Assembly (NCBI GenBank): GCA_000388065.2 | Contig: KB932201.1 | Source of the DNA: Fonticula alba ATCC 38817 | Taxonomy: Eukaryota; Protista; Nucleariida | Length of the DNA stretch: 64,000 nucleotides | Direction: 5' to 3' (one strand) | Shown: in pieces, positions 1 through 10,544 of the stretch | Layout of the letters: each line of letters opens with the position of its first letter | How positions within the stretch are numbered: position 1 is the stretch's first letter | Translations under genes and position numbers: made by a program | Notes under the pieces: model-generated | Told to the model about the DNA's origin: nothing | Database searches by the model: none | What the model saw: only the letters and a program-made list of their open reading frames with translations

Positions 1-26
1 GCCCGCCTCCCAACACCCGCACAAGC

Positions 27-3000
27 ATGGCCGACGCCTACGCGGCCACCAGTCCCGCTGCCGCCGCCGAGCATGCCGGCGACGCGCACGCCCAGGCCTT
101 CGACACAGCCGCCGGTGATAGCCTGTCCTTCGGCTACGAGCTGCGTGTGCGTCACCATCCTCCTCACGACCGGTGTTTGCTCTCCGACGCCAACCCCATC
201 TCTCTGCCTCCCTCTCCCTCTCTCTCTCTCACCCACACGTGCTTCTCGCCTCGCCACAACCGCCACCATCACTCCCACAGGACCAGCTCGATATCATCGA
301 CCGCTATGCCCGCAACAGCATTGCCCTCATCGACGACCTGCGCGACATGGCCCAAGAGCGCGCCGAGCTGGAGAAGGATTATGCCTCGCGTCTGGAGCGC
401 CAGGCCCGGAGCTTCGCCCGGCGCCGGCAGAAGGCCGGCCGGTCGATCCTCGGCGCCGGCTCCTCCATCTGCGCCCCTGGGTCCGACCATGCGGCCACCC
501 CCTCCGACGATCCCGATGAGGCGAGGAGGTGCGCGCCCCCACATCCCGAACTGGCCCCGCCTTTTGGCTCGCCCCCTCTTGCACGTGCCCGAGCCTGACC
601 CTCCCATTGTCCCGGATCTCCCGACCTAGCTCCATCGCCTCGGCCCTGGCCACTCTCCACACCCAGACCGAGGAGTCGGCCAAGGCCCGCCAGGAGCTCT
701 CCGAGCAGATCATCAACGAGGTGGTCAACCCGCTGAAGTTCGAGTCGCGCCGCATCGAGGAGGCTCGCAACAAGCACCTCCAGTTTGCTCAGACCCTCCG
801 CCACCTCCTGGACCAGGCCCGCGACCAGTCGGACAAGGCCCGCGACGCCTACCGCAAGCAGTCTGCCAGTGTGGACGCGGTGTACAACCAGTACGACAAG
901 TGCCCGGACCACAACGCTGCCCAGAAGGTGTGTCGCCCCCTCTCCCCCCCCCCCCCCCTCCCTCTCGCTCTTTCTTTGCGAGCAGCGTCACCACGCCGAA
1001 GGACCGGATACTGACGCCCGCTCGATGCCGGATGTCGGGCGCACGCCATCCCCCCCCCCCCCCGCAGGCCAGCACCACTTGGCCCTTCCGCACAACCTCC
1101 CCCCCGTGTCGCGGAGCATCAGCTTCACCGAGGAGGATGGCGCCACGCGGATTGTCCTCCCTCGGCATGTTCTTGCCCGGATTCGCGCTGTCCACCGGAC
1201 GGCCTTGCTCCGGCCCCCCCCCCCCCCCCCCCCCCCCCGCCCCCCCCCCCCCACTCCTCCTCCCAGCTGGAGCGCGACTGGAACGAGGCCCTTCGGGAGA
1301 AGCGCGAGCGGTCCAACGAGTACCTCCTCTGCGTTGAGGCGCACAACGCCCTGCGCTTCGAGTACTACCACCACCTGTTCCCGGCCATCCTGAACAACTT
1401 CCAGGAGCTGACCGAGCACGCGGTCTGGCGTGCGCGTGAGCTGATCAACACCTTCATTGACTCGTCCAACCTGTGCATGGACACTCTCCGCAGCCAGTGC
1501 GTTTCCCCTGCTCGGTCTCCCTCGCTCTTTGTCCCTCGCTCTCGCTCTCTCTCTCTCTCTTTCCTCTACACACACATGTCCATACACATCTGTCTATACA
1601 AAAACACGCAGCTCACTGACACATGCCCCTCCGATCCGGGTCTCTGTGCTTATACAGCAACGACATTGTCACGGCTTCCGTTGCCGCCGTCGATGCCTGT
1701 GCTGATTCTCAGCTCTTCATCCGCACTGTGCGCTCTCCCCCCCCCCACACACACACACACACGCCAGGCTGACTCCCTCCCCGCTGCCGCACCCAGATCC
1801 GCAAGGACTGGATTGAGCCTCCCAACGAGGAGTTCAAGCCCTACTCCGAAACCGATGCGGCCATCCTCCACACCCAGTACCCCATGGGCACCATCCTGAT
1901 GAACACCTACCTCAAGTACCAGGAGGAGCTGGACAAGGCTCAGGGTGGCATCGACGGGAAGAACCGCGAGCTGGACGGGCTGCGCACCCTCTACGAGTCC
2001 TACTACTCCAATCCCTCCTTCGGTGATGCTGTCAAGGTTCGCCAGGACATCATTGCCGAGGAGCGCTCGATTGCCCTCTTCCGCGTGCCGCAGGTGAAGA
2101 TCGCCGCACAGAAGGCCATGATTGACCATGCCTTTGGTCCGGAGATCCTCGGCCAAATCCGGCCGCACGCTTGGAAGTCCTCCTCCAAGGGCAGCTGCCC
2201 GGCCTGTGGCAGCGGCCTGTCTCTCTTCAACAAGGGCCACTCCTGCACGTCGTGCAATGTGGCCGCCCACTCCAAGTGCCAGATCCGCCTGCCGCCCATG
2301 TGTGGCGCCGACATCGAGTCCCAGATGAAGCGCGAGACCGAAACCCCTCGGCCGTCCGGCGCCGCCGGCGCGGTGTCTCGCATCAATGCCAACAGCGGCG
2401 CCAGTCGCCCGGTGTCCATGATGTCGCAGGCATCCTCCTCCGGGGGCAGCATGCGCTCCACTTCCGGCCTGAGCCTGGGCGTGTCGCCCGGCGGCGGGTC
2501 CGGTGGGTCTCCCTTCCCCAACAGCCCGCTTGGTGCCCAGTCGCCGGTTGTGGCCGGTGGCTCGGCCACCGCCGGCGGCTCGGCCCACCTTCACAGCGCC
2601 AAGGTTCTGTTCGACTTCAGCGGGTCCGGCTCCGACGAGCTTACCGTCAAGACCGGCGACGAGGTCCAGGTGATCCTGGCCTCGGATCCCTCCTTTGCCG
2701 AGGCGGATGAGGGATGGTTCCATGTCATCCACCAGGGCATTCGCGGGCTCATCCCCATCGCCTACACGGACTTCGACGCGGCCCTCCTGCATGCGGCCCC
2801 GGCTCCCGCTGCTGCTGCTGCCGCTGCTCCTGTTGGCGTGGCTTCCCCAGTTGCTGCCACCCCGGCTGGCGATGGCTCCACCGGCGCCACCTACCTCTTC
2901 CAGGGTACGCGTCCTTCATCGTGCCATGCTCAGCCGCGCCTGCATACCTTTCCCATGCCATTTCCATCGACTATGCCTCTGCGAGAGGAAAAGCCCCTCC

Positions 3001-3215
3001 CCATCGCTGACCCACGCCCTTTGTTGAACCCCCCACCCGTTGCAGCCCGCGCCCTGTATGACTACAGTGGCGGGAGTGAGCAGGAGCTCTCCCTCACCGA
3101 GGGGAGCATCATCAATGTCATCTCGACCGACCAGGATGGCTCTGGCTGGTGGATGGGTGAGCTGAATGGCAAGGTCGGTGAGTTCCCCGGCAACTACATT
3201 GAGCGCATCGACTGA
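27..3215 (+). CDS. BZZ1: BZZ1-like F-BAR + C1 + 2x SH3 endocytic adaptor (~747 aa)
   Basis: Exons 27-146, 281-528, 630-927, 1267-1496, 1658-1727, 1797-2904, 3046-3215 join in frame via GT-AG introns. F-BAR start SFGYELR/DQLDII..ERAELEKDYASRL. C1 motif HAWK..CPAC..CTSCNVAAHSKC..C. SH3s AKVLFDFSGSGSDEL..GWF..GLIP and ARALYDY..GWWMGELNGKVGEFPGNY. Confidence 0.85.
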
Positions 3216-4111
3216 GCGCGTGCACGCACGTGTACGCGCTGGTGGCCAGCCCGCTCGTGTGCATGTTCCCCTCTCCCCCTCCCCCTCCCTTTGTGCTGCA
3301 CCCATGTGTGTGTGTGTGTATATGGCGACTCTCTAGCAAGAGCTGCTGGCTGGCCTCTGCTGCTGTCCCACGCCACCCACCTACACGCACATGCCACGGA
3401 ACACCAATCCTCGCCCTTTTTTTCTTAATACATATACCCCCCTCCCCCCTCCACACAGACACATGCACACAGACACACACACACACACACACCTCCCTCC
3501 TATTTCGGCTTCTCCCCTGCATGCAGCTCCCTCCAGTACCCAGGACCAAGCATCGTCCCAGCACAGGGATAGGGCGACTCGCCTCCACGCACCCGGGCGA
3601 TGTAGGGGCGGGGCGCGGGCCGGGGGACCGGGGATGTGCCTCCAGCGAAGCGGATAAAGTAGAACCGTGCCAGAACTGTCGGTGTGTTAACTGATCACTC
3701 GAAATTGAACGTCTCGCAAGGAACGGTTAATTGTCGTCTACCCCGGCATCCGTCGGCATCTAACCCATCCTCATGGTTCATCCTGCCGGGGGATGCGCGG
3801 ACAAACGAGCCGGAAGGACAGCCGAACCGAAGCACACGCGTTCCCTACGCACGCGCGGTTCCCTCCCTCCCTTTTCCCCCTCCAGACCTGGCAATCGGGG
3901 CGGCGATGGTGCTGGATGCAACGCACAGGGGGGGGAGACTTCTTTTTTTTCTTTTTTTTTGCCGGACCACACTCGGCGATGGCTGGTAGGCCCCTTCCCC
4001 ACCCCAAGTCACGGCCTCCGCAACCACCACCACCCGCTCCTACGCCCCCCCCCCCTTTCCTCTTTCCCCCCTTTCCCGTACTCTCTCCGCCCGCGGCCAC
4101 GCCTCGACACC

Positions 4112-4480
4112 ATGCGCCTCACCCTCGCTCGGATCTCCGAGATCGCTGGGCAAGATCCCCGGGAGATGACCTCCTTCGCCTCGCGTGACAGTGGGATCAC
4201 TGGTGCGCTTCACTCGGCCGCCGAGAGCCCTTCCCCCTGCACCCTGCCCCGTTTCAAACTGTCCACTGACGCCCGAGGCATTGCTCCTGTCGCTGGCAGA
4301 ACTGGACGATCTGAGTCCCTGTGTCAATATGGTCCGGATCGACCTGACCAAGAATGCCATCAAAGATCTTTCTGGGCTGGCACACAACTATCACCTGTCG
4401 GTGATTTACGCTAGTTTCAACCAGATTGAGGATATGTCCGATCTGGCGAAGCTGAAGTCCGCCCGCGGTGCGTCCCCCCA

Positions 4481-4521
<41 letters not shown>

Positions 4522-6049
4522 TGCCACCACCGCCACCACCGCCACCACCGCATCGAAGCCGTGCACTGACACATGCCCCTCGCCAGTCATTCACCTTGGA
4601 GGCAACAACATTACCACCATCTCCGGTCTGGAGAACTTGACCGAGCTGCGGGCATTGGTTCTCAACAACAATCGCATTACCCGCGCCGAGGGGTTCGGCC
4701 ATCTGCCGCACCTGAACACCATTGGTTCGTTCTGCCCACTTCCCCCCCTCTCCCCTCTCGAGCCGCCGCAATGGACTTACCTCCCCCTCCCCCTTTCCAG
4801 TTCTCTCGCACAACCCACTGAGCATGCCGCCGGTCATTCGCTCTTTCCCGAAGACCCTGACCAAGCTGGCCCTCGCCAACACCGGGCTGCGCGCGGTGCC
4901 GGAAGACCTGGGCAAGCACCTACCGGAGCTGCAAGAGCTGTCCCTCAATGGCAACAAGATTCTGTCGATCGGTGACGCCCTCACCGGCTGTGGCCGGTAT
5001 GCACATGCATGCTCCCTGCTCCCTCCCCCCTCCCCCCTCCCCCCTCCCCCCTCCCCCCCTGCCCCGCCTCCCTGCTTGGGTCGTGCTACAAACTGACGAC
5101 CGGATGTCTGCTCTCCACTCTCCCTCTTCACCCCCTCGTCGATAGCCTCCGCGTCCTGGATCTCGGCAACAATCTCCTTCACACCTTGGAGTACGTTCCC
5201 CTGCCAGCAACCGGCCCTTGTACCGAGTCCTCTCCCGCCTGTATCCCCCCCCCCCCCCCCGCTTTGCCCCGCGCCCTAACACATATCCACAGGACACTTG
5301 TCTCGCTGAAGGAACTCTCAGCCCTATCCAACCTCAACATCCGGGGCAACCCTTTCAAGGAGGCCCCAGAGTCGGAACAGAAGTCAGCCGCCGACGAAGC
5401 GACGGAGACCGCGAGTCCTGCGGAGGGCGACGCCGATGCATCGGAAACGGCCGACGAGCCGAACACCGCGACCGACACCAAGTCCACCCCCACCCCCACC
5501 GCCCTTCCGTGGTATACGCAGTTTGTCACGGCCAACGTTTGCCCTGGCCTGCGGATTCTTGACGGGCGTCGCTTCGATCCGGGCTTCCTGGACCGTCGCC
5601 GTAAGCGGACCCTCCTCGCCCAGAAGCGCAAAGACCCGGCCGCCTTCAAGGAGGTGACGAAGAAGCTGGCCAAGCAGGATGCTGCTCCCGCCGAGGGGGA
5701 CAACAAGAAGGAGCCTGGGATGCCGAAGCGGGATGTCGACCGCGCCGCCGATCGCCCGGCATCCAAGGGTGGTCGCTTTGAGGGGAAGCGCTCGCGTGAG
5801 CAGGGTGGCCCCTCGGATCGGCCGGAAAAGCGCTCGCGCTTCCAGCGGCCGGGGCAGCCGCAGCGCCCGCCTCGCTCGGATGGCGACGAGCAGCCGCCGA
5901 AGCCTTCGAAGCCCGCCTTCGGCAAGAGCAAGATGTTCTCCAGTGAGCCGGTCACCAGCGGGGCCGCTCGTGAGTATGGCACTCGGCAGCCGAAGCGCCC
6001 TCCGTTCCACAAGAAGCCCGGCTCCTTCCAGCCGAAGCGGGCCAACTGA
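4112..6049 (+). CDS. SDS22-like leucine-rich repeat protein with LRRcap and basic low-complexity C-tail (~464 aa)
   Basis: Exons 4112-4202, 4300-4467, 4587-4724, 4801-4996, 5146-5190, 5293-6049. Repeats IDLTKNAI, LVLNNNRI, LSLNGNKI, LDLGNNLL, LNIRGNPF; cap PGLRILDG. Tail is K/R-rich. Confidence 0.8.
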
Positions 6050-6610
6050 GACCCATTTTTCGGCGGAAAAAAAGGGAAGATGCGCCCACGGCCTCTCCTC
6101 TTGGCAAGCAAAATAGACAACACACATAGCCAGTCAGGGGAGCACCCGATGCACGGGCAGTGGCCACACACACACACACATGCGCGCAGAAACCCACACA
6201 GGTGTATGTAAACACCCATGCTGTCCGCAGCTTGGCACATGACAAGGGGGGGGGGGCAGGAAGATATTTGTAAAAAGCAGAATCTAGTTTAGGGAGGAGG
6301 AGAAAAGGGACAAGGACATGTGGGGCCATGGCGGCTTGGGTGGTGAAGCGGTAGCGGTAGCGGTAGTGGTGGCGGTGGCGGTGGTGGTGACGGTGGCGGC
6401 GGCAACGACGACGACGACGACGATCATGACATGCTATGCCGAAGACGGATCGGCCAGGCGCTCTGAATAGAGAGAGAGAGAGAGAGAGAGGGATATGTGC
6501 GCGCACACTCGCATGCACACCCGCACACGCGCACATACATACACAGACACACACTCACGCGCACACGGGGGGAGGCGAGGGGAGGGGGGGGGGGAGAGAG
6601 AGATCGCCAC

Positions 6611-7235
6611 TTAGCGGGAAGAGGTGGTGGTAAGGGCCATGGAGTCACCGGCATCTTGCTCGAAGAGGTCGGCCACCGAGTAGGTGCTGGCATTCTTGAC
6701 GTCCTCCGGGTCGCGGAGGTACATGTGGGACTGGAACTCCTTGTGGACAAAGGGAGCCTTGGGCTCGTGATGGGGCCGAGGACCCAGGCCCTTGAGGGCA
6801 CGCCGGCGGTTGACGCTCATTGGCTGGTTCAGGTGGCCGAGGGCCGAGTCCACGTCGAGGCCGAGGCGGCGCTTGTGGTTGAATTCGGTGCGGTTGGCGC
6901 GGTACTGGTTGTACTGCTCGGTGTTGGTGTGGGGCACGACCTCGACCTCGAGCATCTCCTTGCACTTCATGATCATACCGGAGATGGAGGGAGTGGCCGT
7001 GCGCAGGACGGTGTGGTTGGTGTGGCGCAGGCCGAGGGCGCGGATGGTATCGCGAGTGCCCTTGGGGGTACCTGGTATGTGCGCGTGGATGGACGGGGTG
7101 ATGAGAATGGGGCGACAGACAGGAGGGATTGGGTGATGAAGAGGAGAGGGGGAGGGCGGGCGACGTACCGATGACACTCCGGCGGAGAGTGATCTTAAAG
7201 GACTGAAGGGCGGCCGTGGCAGCGGGAGCGCTCAT
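6611..7235 (-). CDS. MRPL30: Mitochondrial ribosomal protein uL30m with C-terminal extension (~175 aa)
   Basis: Exons 7235-7169 and 7071-6611. uL30 signature FKITLRRSVIGTPKGTRDTIRALGLR..TPSISGMIMKCKEMLEV. Confidence 0.85.
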
Positions 7236-7694
7236 GGTGACGGAGGAGGCGGAGGCGGGGACGATGAGGGGCGAGATCCCAAGGGAGGGCCGCTGACACA
7301 AGGGGAAAGGCGAAGAGGCAAAGCGCAGGGGGGGGGGGAGAGAGAGAGAAAGAGGGATGGAGGGTGGTGAGGTGAGTGCCAGCGGCTGTCGAGGGGCAGA
7401 TCGTGGCCTTTCAGTAGTCCCCAAGGAAGGGGGGGGGACCAACCGAGAGGGGAAGTGCGCGGCTGTTGGCGAGGGGTGCGGTGACGTGAGGGGGACAGGC
7501 TCAGGGCGTGAGTCTGCCAGACAGACCTCGGGGAACTGTTGTCCCAGCCCCGGTGCAGCTGGTGCGCTTGGCTGGGAGCGTGCAAAGGGGAACTCGAAAA
7601 GCAGGATCAGCCATGAGAGTGCCGTGAAATGGTATTTCTCGGGGTCGTGAGCACGGCGCGTGTTCAGAATCACGCCAGAGGCCACCTACCCAAG

Positions 7695-7729
7695 CCAATC
7701 ATAGGGTGAATGCTGACGGTAATATATAA
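7695..7729 (+). promoter_or_regulatory. CCAAT box plus TATA box in an AT-rich island
   Basis: CCAAT at 7695-7699 and TATATAA at 7723-7729, in a locally low-GC patch between the divergent MRPL30 and RPS26 genes. Confidence 0.35.
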
Positions 7730-8927
7730 TGACTGATAATACTTGGTTAGCTCTTTTACAACGCCCGCACGAAAGACCTCGCCCTTTTTCCGACTCGGTG
7801 ATTTGTGAGACGTCTTTCGACATGTTGTTGCCTGAAGGTGGCCAGACAAAGTTCGGGCCATTTTGGGAATTTCCGGACGGAGTTCCGGTCTCCCTGGGGG
7901 GGGGGGGGGGCGGAGACTGGTGGCCGCTCAGGGTGTTTGTTTCCTGATCCCCTGTTCAGCACCTCCCTGGAGGGGGCGACCTCGGGGATGTCTGTGCCAG
8001 CACTTGGTGTGTGTTGGGCCCCTGCCCACCCCTTTGGGGACCCAGGGATGTGGGGTTATTTTTTCTGGAGCGTCTCCGCGTTGCCCGGCATATGCGCTTG
8101 TTTCGGGTATGCGATGTCCTGCCCGGTGGGGCGGGAGGGAGGATGCTGTGTGTGGGGGGCTGCTGTGTCCCACCGGGGTAGGGAGGGGCCTTTCAGAGGC
8201 CTTCTCCGGGGAGCTGGCTCCGGGCGAGGGAGGGATGATCGCCGGGCGTTCCGTCGCGCAGTGGCGGGCCCCCAGGGGACGCGCTGCGCCCTGGGAGGCG
8301 ACGGGCGCGTGAGTCCGCTCCCGACAGAGCCCGGCCATCCCGAATATGCCCGGCGGGGGGGCGGGGCAGAGACAACGGTGCTTTTGCCTCCCTCTCCGAT
8401 GTGGACATACGTTGGCTGAGTTGTGTCCTTCGGGCCATCGGGGAGCGGGGGGGGCGGGGGGGTGGGGGCCTGTTTGCGGGGGCGGGGGGGGTGTGGGCTC
8501 TCTCGCGCTCCGCGCCCGCCCCCCGCCCCGATGTCCCGGCCCACTGGGCTTGGTTATGTCGGCCGACCCCCCTCTCGCCGCGCCAAGTCTGCCCGGCCGG
8601 CCGGGCGCCGCCTGTGGGTGGTGGTGCCCACTCGGATCTCCTCTCTCCGCCAGCCTGTGGGTCCGCATTTGTCGGGCGACGGTGGTGGTGGTGGTGGTGG
8701 TGGTGGTGGTGGTGGTGCGGCGGTGTGGCGCGTCCCACGGTTTCATGGGAGAACACCAGTCTTGTTAGTGAGCGCGCAGGGGGAGGGGTGGCGGCGGCGG
8801 CGGCGGCGGCGGCGGGGTGTGGCGGCTTTTTTCAGGACCCGGACCGCTGGCCTCCCCTTGCAGGGGGGGTCCTCTTCTTCTTTTCTGATTTGATTTGTCC
8901 ATATCATTAGCAAAGAAGTTTCTCAAG

Positions 8928-10544
8928 ATGGTATGCACGCCATTCTCTCCTCCCCCCCCCTCCTCCTCCCTCTCCTTTCCTTTGTTCCGCCTTCTTCCTC
9001 GCCCCCCCCCCCCCGTGTCACCATCCGTGTCCCGCTCATGGTCACACCTGTCGTGGCGTTGCCGTGCGCGCGCGCGTTGCCGGAGAGAGGCGTATCTCCG
9101 CAAGCGCACGCGCGGGCGCGCCATGACCCCGCCTCCCCTCTCATCTCCGGGGCGCGCGCACGCGCGCTGTGTCCACGCACACTCCGTGTCCTGGCTGCCT
9201 CTCTCCGCGCCCCCCCTCCATCGGAACGCTCGTCCCCCACCTCGCTCCCTTTTCCGGTCCTACTCATGCTCGGGGCCCTTCGTGTGCGGTTTGCGATCGC
9301 CCTCCCCTCTCTCCCCCCTTTCCTATTGCGCCTGGCGAGGCACACTTGAGCCGCGGCTGCTCGCCGGGTTGACGTCGGATGTTGTGTGCATCCGACACGG
9401 TCTCCCGCTTCTGGAGGTGGTTTCGCTCACTGGCGAGAGAGAGGGAGGGCTATCGTCGTGCACTCGGCTCGCTGCGGCCCGGATAGTGACCCGAGGGAGA
9501 GGTGGTGCCGTCGTTCTAGCGTTGGATGCGCGGCGGTTTTTGCCGGGATCTCCTCTCCTTTGGCGGAGGCTCCAATGTCGCTGCCAATCCCCTCTCCCCG
9601 CCTGGATCGACTTGCCATTTGCTGACCATCGTCCCGTCTCGTTTGCCTCCTTCTCCATCCCTCAGACCGTCAAGCGTCGTAACAACGGCCGTTCCAAGAA
9701 CAACCGTGGCCACGTCAAGCCCATCCGCTGCTCCAACTGCGCTCGCTGCGTCCCCAAGGTACGCCCTTTCTCCCCCTCCCTTTGCGGCTTTCCCCCGTCT
9801 CTCTCTCTCTCTATGTGTCGTGTGTGTGTGTGCAGAGAGGAGAGCAGGCCCGTTCGCGCCGCCGTAATGGGTGTCTCTTCTCCTTTCTGCGGACATTGTG
9901 TGTTGTGTATCTCCTCCTATTCGTTGATGATCCTCTTTGGAATTACCGTCTGAAGTGCTGAAGACATCTTCTTTCTGGTTGGCCCCAGGTTTTCTGAGAA
10001 TATTCGCCTCGCGCGAGAGGGTTGCCCCTTCCCGGCCCGTCTCTGCCTTCTTCCTTGTCGCCCTCTCTCTAACACTCTCTCTCCTCACTTGCTTGCTCCC
10101 CCGCGCCTGCTTCTTCCCCTCTCCGGCTTACCGCCTTTTAGGACAAGGCCATCAAGCGCTTCATGGTCCGCAACATGGTTGAGCAGGCCGCTATCCGTGA
10201 TATTGAGGAGGCTTCCGTCTACGAGTGTGCGTCGCTGTCTCTTTCCCTCCTCCTTGTGGTGTACCCTGCCTCCGGGGGGGGGTTTCACGCCTTCGCCGCT
10301 CCCTTTGCTCCCCCCTCGCTTTGCCTGTCTAACTCCCTCTCTCTCTCTCTCTCTCTCGCCGCTCCCTCTTTCAGCCTACGCCATCCCCAAGCTTTACATC
10401 AAGATGCAGTACTGCATTTCTTGCGCCATCCACTCCCACGTCGTCCGTGTCCGCTCTCACGCCGACCGCAAGATCCGCACCCCCCCTGCTCGCCCCCGCT
10501 TCAAGGACGGCAAGAAGGTCGCCCCCCGCAAGGTCGCCGTCTAA
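8928..10544 (+). CDS. RPS26: 40S ribosomal protein S26 (eS26, 116 aa)
   Basis: Exons 8928-8930 (ATG only), 9666-9758, 10142-10226, 10375-10544. [61 protein letters not shown]. Confidence 0.97.
9832..9898 (+). ncRNA. Candidate single-hairpin H/ACA-like guide RNA in RPS26 intron 2
   Basis: 11-bp basal stem (9832-9842 with 9880-9890), internal loop, 7-bp upper stem (9848-9854 with 9866-9872), ACA at 9893-9895. Confidence 0.4.
9918..10002 (+). ncRNA. Intronic box C/D snoRNA, snR77/SNORD65-type guide for 18S rRNA Um578 (yeast numbering)
   Basis: Terminal stem TATTC (9918-22) with GAATA (9998-10002). Box C TGATGA 9925-30, D' CTGA 9950-53, C'-like GTGCTGA 9955-61, box D CTGA 9994-97. Guide TGGAATTACCG (9938-48) is the exact complement of the conserved SSU rRNA CGGUAAUUCCA. 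Confidence 0.85.

Noticed and set aside
2905-3045. In-frame stop-free introns (also 13837-13968, 23102-23206, 62902-63087, 63405-63608)
   Set aside because: High GC and poly-C content make stop-free introns common. All have canonical ends and interrupt conserved motifs, so there is no evidence for regulated retention.
3750-3795. CTAACCC inside a hairpin (telomerase template-like)
   Set aside because: Only 7 nt with no 1.5-repeat template, and no pseudoknot or other telomerase RNA features.
7745-7800. U5 loop-1-like CTCTTTTAC
   Set aside because: Does not match the invariant GCCUUUUAC and has only a 3-bp closing stem.
7846-8336. RNase P P4-like pair AAAGTTCGGGC ... ACAGAGCCCGGCC
   Set aside because: P4 pairing is incomplete, the spacing includes poly-G, and other conserved regions are absent; likely chance in GC-rich DNA.
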